Origin: Heterodontus francisci
Taxonomy: Eukaryota
Length of the DNA stretch: 64,000 nt
NCBI RefSeq assembly: GCF_036365525.1
Contig: NC_090408.1
Coordinates: 30,310,269-30,374,268 of the forward strand
Direction of reading: 5' to 3'
The notes beneath the pieces are model-generated. The model ran no database searches. It saw only the letters and a list, made by a program, of their open reading frames with translations, and was not told where the DNA came from. Within the stretch, counting starts at the first letter, position 1. Every line of letters starts with the position of its first letter. Positions 24,896 through 37,360 of this stretch are shown here, piece by piece. Position numbers and translations under genes: made by a program.

Positions 24896-25371
24896 TAGAG
24901 GCCTGCTACCTGACCCAAACCTGACGGGACCAACAACATGTGTCAGGTTCGGGTCGGGTCAGACCCATCTTCCGGGGCCGGTTTTCGGGTTCAGGTCAGG
25001 TCAGGCCGAGTCCAGATCGAGTTGGGTCGGGTCGGGCCGGACACACACAGTCAGTGCTCTGCTGGTAAGTATTAAAAATAAAAAAACTTACCTGAGCTGG
25101 GAGTCTGGGACAAAACTGAGTCTGCGCAGTGAGTGAGTGACGTCACTATGACATCATGGCGCATGCGCTGCAGCTTCTTGCAGGTTCGGTGTCAGGAAGG
25201 TAAGTAAAGGGATGGTCAGGTTGTGCTCGGGTCGGGCCGAGTAGTGGCGGGTTCAGGTCGGGTCGAGCTTGAGACAAAATCAGAGGGACTCGGGCCGGGT
25301 TGGGCTCGGGCCTGCTGTGGTTTGGTTGGGTTCGGGCTGGGTTCTTTTTCCCGACCTAAAGCAGGCCTCTA
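24896..25371. mobile_element. hAT-superfamily MITE nested in the Harbinger
   Basis: Perfect TIR TAGAGGCCTGC / GCAGGCCTCTA. 8-bp TSD TGCTACTC / TGCCACTC. Many subterminal GGGTC/CGGGT repeats. Confidence 0.92.
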
Positions 25372-25576
25372 TGCCACTCCAGTCATCCTGTGAGTGGGGA
25401 GGGTGCCAGAAGTGGTAGGCGTGCAAAGGTTATCTGGCTTGTGGGGCAATTGATGCAGCTGGTATAATCTTTATGTGGTCATGCTTTGCCACTCTTAGTG
25501 GGAGCTAAGATGGGCAATGCCATGCCCATGCCACATAGTTGATGCATGAAAGCACTTGATGTAACAGTCAACAACC

Positions 25577-26828
25577 ATGCCTGCCCTGTTAGGAACCTCT
25601 GAAGAAGTGAAGGATGCAATTTTATTTATCATGTGGAGATGGGAATGGTTCGTCCTAAATTGTCTGATCCGCTTCTCGTGAGGATCCATGTGCACTGCAA
25701 GCAAAACCAACAGGCAGATGCAGCCCATGTAGAGGCCCCCCGGTTGTGAGCAGCAGCAGCCCCCAAGGAGAATTCATCGCTACAGATCGCCGTGCATCTA
25801 CAGGTCTCCCGTGACATACCTGCAGATGTCAGAGCGCCAATGTCAGAAGGGACTGTGGATGTCAAGAGAAGCGGTGACAACTCTCTCTGCCCTGCTCAGC
25901 GATGACCTGCAGCCCATGGCCTTCGGTGGACATCCTATGCCTGTGGCACTCAAAGTGACAGCAGCTCTTAATTTTTATGCCTCTGCATCATTTCAGGGGC
26001 CCACCGGAGACCTTTGTGCAGTCACACAGTCAGCACTGCACCACTGCATCAGGGAGGTCACTGACATCCTGTACCAGAGGGCCGGTGACTATGTCCACTT
26101 CAGGACACACCCTAACAGCCAGAGCCAGAGGGCTATCGGTTTTGCCACCAGCATGGGGATTCCCACAGGTGCAAGGGGTCATAGACTGCACCCATGTAGC
26201 CATCAAGGCTAGCAGCTGCATACGGTAATAGTAAGGGATTCCACTCCATCTAGGTACAGCTGGTATGTGATCACCAGAAACACTGGATGCTAATCTGTGG
26301 CCGCTTTCCAGGCAACTGCCATGGCGCCTGCATCCTGCGCCAGTCCCAGGTGCCATTGCTGTTCTCTGAACTGGTTCACATCGAGGGGTGGCTTCTTGGA
26401 AACAAGGGATACTTCCGGTAGAAAAGGCTCCTGACACCAATGAGACAACCCACCACTGCTGCAGAAGAGAGATACAACGCCAGCCATGGAGCTACAAGAG
26501 CCACCATTGAGCAGGCAATCGGCATGCTGAAAAAGGGCTTTCGATGCCTGGATAGATTGGGTGGTGCCCTGCAGTACGAGCTGGAAAGGGCAGCTCCTTT
26601 TGATGCTGCTTGCTGTGCTCTGCACAACTATGCACTCAATGCGGGGAGGCCTGGCATGATGAGGGGAGACATCAGCAGGAATCCTCCTCTGACTATGAGG
26701 ACGCTGAGGACTTACAACAGGAAAGGCGAATGGGAGGACAGAGAGCATCCAGGCACCACATGTAGAGCGAGCAGCAAACAAGGGATGCACGGCAGCGCCT
26801 CATTGATCTAAGGTTCTCCACGCCATAG
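25577..26828 (+). pseudogene. Harbinger DDE transposase (HARBI1-like) pseudogene
   Basis: Motifs LKVTAALNFYASASFQ, GFPQVQGVIDCTHVAI, KGFHSI*VQLVCD, WLLGNKGY, YNASHGATRATIEQAIGMLK, ACCALHNYA. Frameshifts, stops and GD->GN at a catalytic Asp. Start approximate. Confidence 0.93.
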
Positions 26829-26963
26829 GAACCACCATGGGCTCTGCAAGCCACATAGCACCCTGGTTCACCTGTTGTGCAGCATTCCGTATCAGCAACA
26901 TCTTTGTCTCCACCATTATTGGCAGCAGAATACTGCACCATTGTCCATGTTACTGCATCCATG

Positions 26964-28686
26964 TCACGCTGTTTTCTGGAAAAGCTTGCGGATGCTCCTT
27001 TGCGGTGCCACTTCTGCGCTAGCAGGTTGACTGGAGGAAGGCTGCTGATCAGATTGTCCTTTGGCTGTGGACGACCTTGGCCATCGTCCTGTGTGCGCAC
27101 GAGGCCTAGAGGGCCCCAGCTGGCTGGAGGAATTTTGCGTTACTGCCCAACTCTCCTTAGATGTCGTGACTGCTGGCTGAGGGGCCGGTGGTCACAATGG
27201 ATACACCTTGAGGATGGACCCCAGATATGGCACGCAGGCTTGCCTCCTCCAGCTCAAGTCTCCTTTGAAGCTCTCTGCTCTCCTGGGAAGGACCAGGGGC
27301 AGGGGCAATCTCTATGGCCCTGGTAACTCTCTCACCTTGCTACTGATTTGTGGATCTGATGGCCTCGGCGAGGGATTGCAGGTCAGCGTGTATTAATGGA
27401 ATGTGGCTCACCAGGATGGCCACTGCTGTCTCCATGTCTGATACCATGTGCTCAAATGCTTGGGACACAGTATCTGTCATGACCTGGATGGACCCCCATC
27501 GTCCGCTCAAGACTGCATATGGCCTGTGGCATCTCCACCAGATGTTGCCACGACTGCTGCTGCAGCTCCAGCATGCCCTGTGCTGTCCACATCAGAGGGT
27601 CATCAGCAGCCTGGGGCTCAGCATGTGCATGCCCACCCACAGCCCTCCGATTGTCAGGGGCCTCGGCTGTCTCAGCCTCGGTCAGCTGCTCGGGCATGTG
27701 TGCAGTGCTCTCAGCAGCTTGTGAACACGATTGTAAGGCTGACCGGATTCCCACCGGGGTGACTGCATCTGCGTTGGTGGAAGGTGCGGGAGAGTCACGG
27801 GATGCTGCTTCATTGGAGGTTGTCTCTTCATCTGGGGTGCAGGAGGTGTCCTGGGCCACCATTGCCGACTCAGAGCGTTGACCTGCAAGATACAACGAGA
27901 GAGCACACTGTCAGTCTTTATGGTGAGCATGTAACGATTGTGACAGCATTGTTTCTAACACCACGATTTTCACACTGATCATTGTGTATATCAAATGGAT
28001 GCATGTTCGCCCAGGAGCATGAGCTCAATGGCACTGAATGCACGGTCCACATGTGTCGCAGCCAGTTCGAGGGCCTCCTCCTCAGCTGTGTCATGGTCCG
28101 CATATCTGGCATTCCTCCAACGGTCTGACTCGCCTCACGAGCATTGTGGGCCCTCCCAGAGGAGCAAAGAGGCAGAGATTAAGGATGGCAAGGCAACAAC
28201 CCAAAACATGTCACAAGAGGGGTGCTGGGCCCAAAGGTGGGGAAGGCTCGGTGTGCACTACTGAGTGAGCCACTCATGTAGGTGCCATGTTGTGAGCTGC
28301 AGACAAGAATGAGTTCTGTCATACTTTCATCCATTCATGTCACGTCATTCATCCCTGCCCAACCTCCCTGTCTTTGGCATGGCAGTGGCACACATGTGCC
28401 ACTCTGTGGGGACACCCAGGTTCAGTGGGGCCGTGATACAAAGTGGCACTTAGTTTTGCAGTGTGAAGCAGATCGTTCATCCTCTTCGGGCATTGCACCC
28501 TTTCATGCCACATGACCTCATAGCTACTGGCCTCCTCTGCCACCACCAGCCAGGCTGCCTTGGTCAGGTGGGAGGCCATCTTCTTACCGTCGCTGGGGAA
28601 AAGGACCTTGCCTGCACAGCATGGAGAAGAGTGAGCAGAGAGGCATCGTTGAACCGTGGGGCCACCATAGAGCACCCCTCTGCCAT
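26964..28686 (-). pseudogene. Harbinger Myb/SANT-like (trihelix) DNA-binding partner pseudogene, 3 exons
   Basis: Exon 1 28686-28454: APRFNDASL...VLFPSDGKK...AWLVVAEE...QCPKRMNDL, donor mutated to CTAAGT. Exon 2 ~28155-28010: RAHNAREASQTVGG. Exon 3 from acceptor TCTTGCAG at 27882 to a basic tail ending TGA at 26964. Confidence 0.85.
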
Positions 28687-29265
28687 CTTTAGCTTTTGGT
28701 CTGGTCCTTTAAAATCCATAGTGTAACTGCTCTAACTTCTGGCTGCAAGGTTTTCTTTGCACATGATTGAAAACTAATGCAGGACTAGTGAGGAAATCTG
28801 TGCTGTTGTCCTGTTTTTTCATCTATGACATATTGACACATGTACACGTACACTTTGCTTCTGCAGCAGTTGATCATAATTGTTGATGTAATATTTCAGG
28901 TTTGCAATGCAACTAGAATATAAACATATTTTCCTAGTTCTTTAAGAAGTACTATTAATTCCAGTTACATGTCTTTTCACATAACAGTTATCAACAAATG
29001 AATACAGATTCCAAATGCCTATTAGTCTACAGCTTTTCACATTCAGGTAATTAAAAGCCCATGGTATATAGATTTTCTTAAATGATGCTTTTATTTCTGA
29101 TAGTGTATTTGCCTTTTATAATACAATTCAGTTGCATGTTCTGGTATGTGCAAAATTAAGATTATTCACCCAGGTGCAGCAAGCCTACCAGGAAGAATGT
29201 TACACTTGAGTGGAAGAAGAGGATCTCAACTGCACAGGACACTGAGACAAAGCAGATTAAGTATG

Positions 29266-29442
29266 TGGCAGCAAAGCAGAAAGTGCTGGAGAAATTCAGC
29301 AGGCCTGGCAGCATCTGTGGAGAGAGAAGCAGAGTTAACGTTTCAGGTCAGTCAACACAGGCCTGAAAGTTAACTCTGCTTCTCTCTCCACAGATGCTGC
29401 CAGACCTGCTGAGTTTCTCCAGCACTTTCTGCTTTGCTGCCA
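29266..29442. repeat. Penelope-terminus-derived long inverted repeat (fold-back)
   Basis: ~82-bp arms 29266-29347 and 29362-29442, nearly perfectly complementary, with a 14-nt loop. Confidence 0.93.
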
Positions 29443-30050
29443 GATTGCCAGGTAAGTATTTATTTGGCAGCTGTCAGGAAGCAGGTGCTGGGGCACTTTA
29501 AATAGGGCCCCAGCACCTGCTCCTCAGCTGAGCCAATGTCCATCATGGCGTCGGATGTCCCGCCTCCTGCCATGTAATGTGGGGGGGGAGGGGCAACGCG
29601 TCGCTGTGATTATAATGTGCCGCTGCGCTAAATATAGCAGGGGCTCAGCGACGGGCGATCTGCGCGGGCAGACCACCACCTTCAAAGCTTGCCGCCGCGA
29701 TCAGTGGCACGGTCATAAAATTCAGGCCGCCATCTTATCAAGAGCAGAAAAGCCGAGTGGCATGGAAGAGGGGGGCCACTACCGGCAATATTGGGCCAGG
29801 CCCTCCCAGCGTCGGGGTGCGTGGCAGCCCTCTCGCAGAGGCATTTTCCATGCCCTCACTCCACTCCACCCCCACCCCACGAACCACACGTTGGGGGTTT
29901 TGTAAACTCCAGCCCTGTGTTTCTATATGTTGCACTTACGTTCACCATTAGATTTGTTTTAATATCTACTAGTCGGTTTCCATTATGTTGCTTAGGACGA
30001 TATGATATACAATTATATACAAATTATATCATTTAGTACACACTGTCTTT

Positions 30051-30278
30051 AAGTCTGTGGAATTCGCTTCCTCAGACAGCAGTAGAGGCTGGGTCATTGA
30101 ATATATTCCAGGCTGAGTTAGACAGATTCTTGATAAACAAGGGAGTCAAGTGTTATGGGGAGCAGACCGGAAAGTCCAGTTGATGCCACATTCAGATCAG
30201 CCATGATCTTATCAAATGGCACAGCAGGCTCGAGGGGCCAAATGGCCTACTCCTGCTCCTAATTTGTATGTTCGTATG
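30051..30278 (+). mobile_element. CR1 LINE 3' fragment
   Basis: LWNSLPQTAVEA..FQAELDRFL, followed by the CR1 3'UTR. Confidence 0.9.
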
Positions 30279-30290
30279 CTGCTAAGGTAA

Positions 30291-30808
30291 TGTTATGTAT
30301 ACCCTTTAAGGCTCCAAGGCTTATTGGTGTAAATGGGCACTTGCTGAGATCAATTAAAGGCTAACTGTTTCTCTCTTATTGGATGCTTATAAATCTCTCC
30401 TTCCTGCAGAGGTGAGAAGAACCAGTGAGGTATAATAGATTCAAAATTTTTATTGGTATACTAGCTGATCTCCCATGGCAGTGCTCATGCTAATTTGCAG
30501 GATATTATGTTTTATAACAATGAGTATGTTTAGGATATTGTGAATACGTCAAATCTATTTTTATTCAATGGTATTTTTTGAGAAGAATATGAGTAACCTT
30601 ATTTTATTTTTATATTTGTGTGTGTATCTTTACCTATGCATTTACTTCTCATCTCTTACTGGCTTTAAAGCTGACAACAAGGTATTAGAATCAGATTTCT
30701 GGTATTTAGTCGTATTGGGTGGGAGTGAAATTGAGATGGATGGGGGAGAGAACCTGGAAGATGTAATATGGGGTTTGACTCATTCTGAATCCCTGGGGTT
30801 TGTCAGCA
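30291..30808 (+). mobile_element. Probable old solo LTR
   Basis: TG...CA ends, flanks GTAA/GTGA. Shares CCTTTAAGGC, TGAGATCAATT and GAATCCCTGG blocks with 38228-38662. Confidence 0.45.
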
Positions 30809-31666
30809 GTGAGGGGAAAAAGAGGGTATGGACCTCAAAGAACTAGATGGGAACTGGAGCATCCATTTCTTGAAGCACTGGTTTGTAACGTTCTAAGAGA
30901 TTTCTGCAAAGATTAAATTTGGTGTTTTGTGATCCGGGAAATGTTTCTCTTCCTATTCTCTATTTCTGCTTCTGCCTAACAGGTGGCAGTAATTGGAATG
31001 ACAATTTTCTAACTATCAACAAAATGTGAATGATAATTAGAAACCTTGTTGACATTCAAACTTCAACTTTAAATAAACGCTCAAATTAGAGTGAGGAAGG
31101 ACACTCTGAAAATCCATGGTTATGCTGTGCTGCTGCAACATTTACACCAGGGGTTTCTCTGTGTTGGCCAATAACACACTTGGAGCCCATCAGAATGGTC
31201 AGGATCTGACCATTAAAATAAAATGGGTGGTGTCTGTGCCCGTATTGATGCTATTGGAACATCTGTGAGCATCAGAGAGGAAACTCAAGTGTTGGCATGT
31301 TCTGTTGATGAACCTCCAGGTATAAAATTTGGCTCCTTTTGAGCAATGTCACTTTACTTAGGGCAGGCAACTGCTTTGTGACTGGTTACCATTGGGAAAT
31401 TGACCTTTCCAAAGTTGGTGAACACTACTTTGATGATCTGGTCGTACTGTACACATGCTTCATGCAAACATTCAGTATGCTGAAGATACCCAGAGGTGAG
31501 AATAATGGGAATTCTGGTAGGTTTGGGGCATTATGCCTATTCTGGTGTCATTTGGAAAGATATTTGAACACACAGTAGCTATCCCCACTGTCTAAGGGAA
31601 AGAGCCAAAAAAGATGGAAATGAGACAAAGATTCGGTGTTTTTAAAAAAATAAATCCCATGCCACA

Positions 31667-31998
31667 ATTTTATTTTTTATTTAGAGATACAGCACTGAAA
31701 CAGGCCCTTCGGCCCACCGAGTCTGTGCCGACCAACAACCACCCATTTATACTAATCCTACATTAACCCCATATTCCTACCACATCCCCACAATTCCCCT
31801 ACCTACACTAGGGGCAATTTATAATGGCCAATTTACCTATCAACCTGCAAGTCTTTGGCTGTGGGAGGAAACCAGAGCACCCGGCGAAAACCCACGCAGT
31901 CACAGGGAGAACTTGCAAACTCCGCACAGGCAGAATTGAACCCGGGTCGCTGGAGCTGTGAGGCCGCGGTGCTAACCACTGCGCCACTGTGCTGCCCC
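31667..31998 (-). mobile_element. HE1-type V-SINE, full length
   Basis: Minus strand GGGGCAGCACAGTGGCGCAGTGGTTAGC (A box), GGTTCAATTC (B box), V domain and tail. Confidence 0.93.
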
Positions 31999-34270
31999 AG
32001 CAACCTCAATAGCAACTTCTAAACAAAAAAAAAGGACATTTTCAGGATGTATTTCGCTCCCTCTCTCTCAGCATGGTATGCTTTCTGAATATTATATAGT
32101 AATTAGTACAGACTATTTTTTCATTTTCCCCTCTCATCCATTCACTTAAGCTCTCACTCTTGCGCGCATGCACACACACACACAACCTCACAATTTTTCT
32201 AAGTAACACTCAATAAAAATTTTTGCCTTAATAAAATGTCTGAAAATTCCTCCTGTAACTTTTCTTCAAATGATTTTTAAAAACAACTATATAGATTTCA
32301 TGAGAGATTGAGACAGAAATCTTCTACCATTTGACTAGCCAAATGCTACTGGTGCACTTGGAAAATTATATACACTACACCTGTTAAAACAGCAGGATCT
32401 ACCTCCAGTTAACAGAGCTGCCACTTTAGGGCAAAAATATCAAATCGATTTGGGGTTGGCTGAGGGCTTCAAACAAAAACTTCAATGAAAGTATTAAAAG
32501 AAAATTCAGTGGACAAATACAATCATGTTTTTGTGTAATATTTAATCTTTTTATTTAAAACAACTGCTTAAAACCTTATTTTGGCCATTAGAAATTTCAC
32601 CTACTGAGGAAAAAATGACAGATGAAAAGATTTTCAAAGTATTTTGTGTGATTCAGTTGGTTCATTAAAAAGTCTGGTGCTGAAATGTTAACATTGCATT
32701 TCCCAACGTAAATATTTACATAACTTTTTTCCATTATAACTGTTAAAATAAAAATATTACAATAAGTAACATTTGTGAATGAGTGCATGCCATGTGCAGG
32801 GTATTTAATAAGAGGTAGAATGATATATTGCACCCTTTCAAGTCTGCATAAGATTTGGTTATCAAAATAGTTATAAGCTGTGATTTGTTTGGTCATACTT
32901 ATGAAGTAAATGCTTGCAAAGCAATATTTTAAATGCTGCCAGAAAAAAAATGATATTCCTGCAGGCAGTATTAAATAAAATCTCAGAGACAATTACACTT
33001 TTCTCAAAAAAGAAAGTTGTAATTTTATTGATATTCAAATTATAAAATGATGCTTTTATTCTGAACCTTGAATTGAGCTGACAAGGGACAAAGATTCACT
33101 TCAGGGAAGCTGGTAGAGTGCTATTATTTAATATACTCCATGATTAGGCTTTGAAGAAAGAAACAGCAGGAATCCTCTCTCCCCCTCTCTCCACTCCCAA
33201 TCCTGTCATGAGTAGCCTGCTGTTTTTCTACACTGAAAGTACTGAAGCAAGGTAGCCTGCATCTCATTAAGGAATGCCCTCAGTAATATATAGGTACAAA
33301 GTATAATTGGAAATACCGATGTGCCAATTTTCTTACATTTCACCCAGCTCACATTTGCAGAGCCCATTCTGCCATCAAGGAAAAACTGGAAGATGATCCT
33401 CGCTGGTAGCAGAAATATATAATACCTCATATTCTAATGCCAGTTCAGAGAGTAGGTATATGTAGCTGTTATCACAGCGTCACAGCGTCACTGATGAGGT
33501 AGGTATGAAGCAAGTGCTTTTAAACAGTTCATGTCACCTTGATAAGTCTGAGTTACTCAATCTGCATCTGCCCCCTAAGATTTTGTTGAGACTTGCATTA
33601 ATCCATAGTCATGTCATTTCCCAGTTATTCAATAGGAATTGGATAAACAGGCAGAATCAACGTTGTGATACATTCTTTTCCTAGTATTATGACATGGACA
33701 TAGTGTTAGTTTTGCTTTAAAAGGTGGAAAAGACATACTCAAAGGTACTCTGACTGGAAAAAATGAACCCATGGAAAGCTCAGAGAGGTATTGATCCCTG
33801 TTGTTCTGCTGCTGAGACTCATTAAATTTCCATCTACTCAGCTTGACAAACAGAAGCTGACATTTAAAGCTGCATATTCATTAGATTTTTTCACTGTTCT
33901 CTTTGTGTAACATCTTCCGAAGAATCCTCATGGAAATTCAGGCTAAACTGCCTTACAACAAAAAATTAAATTTCACTTATTGCCACTCTTACAGACATGA
34001 CTAATATTTCAGACAGATCACATAGAAAACCCTAAAGATAATTAGTATGGCCACAGGTATGAGAATTGATTCCAGTGCACTCTCCCAGTGCTTCAGGAAG
34101 CACCTCAGTGCATTGTTGACAGTATGATGATGGTTTACACTGACCAAGGGGAGAAAAAGGAGTTGGCTTTAAACAATTGGAGTTATTTATGAAAATATTA
34201 TGAAAGGATGATGTATGCGAAATGAAACACATCTGTAATATCTCACTTGTCGATTTTTACAGTTTTTATT

Positions 34271-34695
34271 AGCATGGAAGATGGCAGGATCCCCAAGGAC
34301 ACTGTACAGCGAGCTCGTCACTGGTATCAGACCCACCAGCCGTCCTTGTCTCCGCTTTAAAGACGTCTGCAAACGCGACATGAAGTCCTGTGACATTGAT
34401 CACAAGTCGTGGGAGTCAGTTGCCAGCGATCGCCAGAGCTGGCGGGCAACCATAAAGGCGGGGCTAAAGCGTGGCGAGTCGAAGAGACTTAGCAGTTGGC
34501 AGGAAAAAAGACAGAAGCGCAAGGGGAGAGCCAACTGTGTAACAGCCCCGACAACCAATTTTATCTGCAGCACCTGTGGAAGAGTCTGTCACTCTAGAAT
34601 TGGCCTTTATAGCCACTCCAGGCGCTGCTTCACAAACCACTGACCACCTCCAGGCGCTTACCCATTGTCTCTCGAGACAAGGAGGCCAAAGAAGA
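34271..34695 (+). mobile_element. RTE-clade LINE 3' fragment
   Basis: LYSELVTGIRPTSRPCLRFKDVCKRDMK...FICSTCGRVCHSRIGLYSHSRRC, a short 3'UTR and a GAAGA tail. Possible TSD ATTAGCA/ATCAGCA. Confidence 0.93.
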
Positions 34696-34874
34696 TCAGC
34701 AAATAATGAGCACCTTGTGAACATGCAGTAGAAGCATTTATTTTCTATTGCAAGGCACTAAATGGACAAGTCCAGCCCATCCAATGGCCTACTGGCTACT
34801 GTCCCTTCTAATACTCAGTCATAAAGGTTTGGTTCTTTGTGCTATGTCGCCCAGGAAAATAGTTATACCAGGAC

Positions 34875-35163
34875 AACAAAAACAAAATTCTGCAAGTGTT
34901 GGAACTTTGAAGTAAAGACAGAAAATGCTGGAAACACTCAGCAGGTCAGGCAGCATCTATGGAGAAGGAAACAGAGTTAATGATTCAGGTCGATGACCTT
35001 CTATGGGAACTAGAAGATGTTTGAGTTGAACAGCTTTTAAATAAATATGGAGTCGCAGATCTTCCAGTTCTGATGAAAGGTCATCAACCTGAAATGTTAA
35101 CTTTGATTCTCTCACCACAGTTGCTGCCTAGCCCTTCTGAATGATTCCTTTTTTAAATTTCAG
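34875..35163. repeat. Older Penelope-terminus inverted pair (fold-back)
   Basis: Minus-orientation terminus ~34875-35040 faces a plus-orientation terminus ~35060-35163 that contains CTGATGA..GAAA. Confidence 0.8.
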
Positions 35164-35199
35164 TTGTCACAACACAGTCACCGTCAGTTTCCCTGTGAT

Positions 35200-35425
35200 A
35201 AGGAAGAGAAAATCAGAGTGGCCAGCCAGTGGGAAAGGGTGCATGAATGGACATTGGGTGAGAATGAGTTCAGACTTGGCTACAATGCCTCTGTAATTGA
35301 ATAACTGACCTTAAACTCACAGATGAAGAATGGTCATGTGAGTGAGGCACCAGATAGCTGACCGGAATGTGCCACCGCATAGGTGAGCACACTTAGGAAA
35401 GGTGCGGGGAGAAGATTGGCAGAAA
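35200..35425 (+). mobile_element. Old SINE-like repeat (same family as 13400-13690)
   Basis: GGACATTGGGTGAG and CTCACAGATGAAGAATGGTCA blocks. Confidence 0.5.
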
Positions 35426-36000
35426 TATAAATGTAAAATCTAAGAGAAGAGAAAGCATTAAATGTGCCCCAATTCAGGAAGCACTTCATTATGCAGACAG
35501 CTGAACCTCTGTTGGAGAATTTGTTCCCTAATCTAAGTTAAACAAAACTCTATTTTAAGGGCCCCAGCACCTGTGGCTATGTTGTTTTGCACCAACTATA
35601 CAATTGTAACCATTTCAGGAGTATGATGGCATTTTTACATTGAAATAAATCAATGTTGAGTCTAAAGAGGAATCACACTGCTGGATTAGGAGTGTGAAAT
35701 CAATAATCGGATGATAGCCTGGGATATTCAGAAATGCGTTGGCTGCATTTGAGGCTCTGTCAGCAGGGACGGGCCTTGTAAAATCTACCCCATTAATCTA
35801 AGGTTCATTTGTCTGGTCTGGGAATGATAATGATCTCATGAGATTAACTCCAAATTGTTGGGAAGTAACATTGGTTGATGTTGTTCCTCCTGGAAAAAAT
35901 GTTTTTATATTTCCTGCTTTTCTCGGAAGCCTGTTATAAACAGAATAGTAATGTTAATATCCCAAACTAAACACAGCATCAAGAGTGTTAATTCAAACTA

Positions 36001-36098
36001 CAACAACAACAACTTGCATTTATATAGCACCTTCAACACAGCAATCCATCCCAAAATGTTTAACAATAACGATAGAAAACATTTTTTGACTCTGAGCC
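36001..36098 (-). mobile_element. L2 3' tail
   Basis: (CAA)n CTTGCATTTATATAGCACCTT; homologous to 4371-4470. Confidence 0.8.
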
Positions 36099-37360
36099 GA
36101 GGCGAATTGCAAGAATATATCTGTAGAGGAAAGAATAAAGCTGTATAGTGTAATGGGATGAGTAGTTGAGCTATTACATTTTTGTAAGTCTAACATTAAC
36201 TCAAAGAAAATCAACACCAATGCACCAGATAGGAGATACAAAACTGAACGAGATTAAGTGACCGGATCAGCATGTGATCCAGGACATAGTGAAGCAAAAT
36301 GGAAATAAAGCACTGGTCTGGGATTTCGGTAGCAAGATCAGAGTATACAACTCTCCAGTGGTCTATAACATCAGTCAGTGAAAAGCAGAGAAAATGACTG
36401 CTTGACTGCACACCCTCCAGTGAGAGTGTGCACAGCAATCTGGTAATGAGCTGAAAAGGAACTGGAAAGGAAATAAATAAAAGAGTAGTAAGTATAAGTG
36501 GGGGAGCAGCTGTCAAGGAAAGCTCCAGGGATCTCCCAAACCTCCTGTGGCCTCCCAATTTACCTTTGAGAGGAAGTAAAGACAATGTTTTCTCAAACTT
36601 TTTCCCACTGTGTCAAGAAGTCCCTTGCACCATGCCCAGGGTCACCCTGTGGAATTTACTGTTGTTGGACTGTTTTGACACCACAGGTAAAGCAGGAGAT
36701 CAACAGTAGGTTAGTGCCCTCTCCAAATTATAACAGAACAAACCGAGGATACACAATTTCACCTACGGAGAAACAGCTTGATCAGAAAATGAAGTAAAAG
36801 CTTATAAATCTCCAAACCTTTTCTTCTGTCTGTTCTTTGTCTCACTCACTTCACTCCCACAAGCCTTGACATACCTGTTAATGCAGGGACACTAATGTTC
36901 TTATGAAAATATTTTTCCTGCTTTTTCATGGACACATTTATTTTTAATTGTTTAATGTCTGTTAAAATAGTTGAAAAATTAATTTCATATGCCGAAGTTA
37001 ACATTCCCATGTTAATGTTCAATGTAATTTGAAGGCCACTCTCGCCAAATCTGCTTCAGTCTCTGAGTTTATTCCTTTCTGTCATATTACTTGATTTTAC
37101 TTCCTTCATTTTCTGGTATCTTCTCTCTCCTGCCTCAAATCAAATTATTATTTGATATCCTTCACAGCAGGTTGCTGCGTTGCACTTTTTCTAATTTCAC
37201 TTAAGCACTACTGATATGCCTGCATCCCTAATGTCACCATAACACTGCCACATGATGTCAGAGATCCATTTTCCCCCATTACTTTCTCCCTTCAAAATAG
37301 ACCTGTGCTCCTCAGAAGCCACAGGATATATACAATATAACTAGTCAATTCCAGGTGGCA

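Larger units (their letters stand above)
24443..29915 (+). mobile_element. Decayed autonomous-type PIF/Harbinger DNA transposon
   Basis: Ends AGGCTGAATTTTAC / GTAAACTCCAGCCC with inverted subterminal similarity (GAGAGG..GCCA/GTCA..CCCCGAC). Contains a HARBI1-like transposase and a convergent Myb/SANT gene. TSD not recoverable. Confidence 0.88.

Noticed and set aside
24896-25371. Short GGGTC/CGGGT repeats as a CRISPR-like array
   Set aside because: Irregular pentamer subterminal repeats of a hAT MITE in eukaryotic DNA, with no repeat-spacer periodicity.
25811-26811. Domesticated host HARBI1 gene
   Set aside because: Multiple stops and frameshifts, a lost catalytic Asp and flanking TIRs show a dead transposon copy.
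29080-33064. ~20-nt match AAATGATGCTTTTATT(T)CTGA at ~29080 and ~33045
   Set aside because: Short and AT-rich with no flanking similarity; too short for a C/D snoRNA and compatible with chance.
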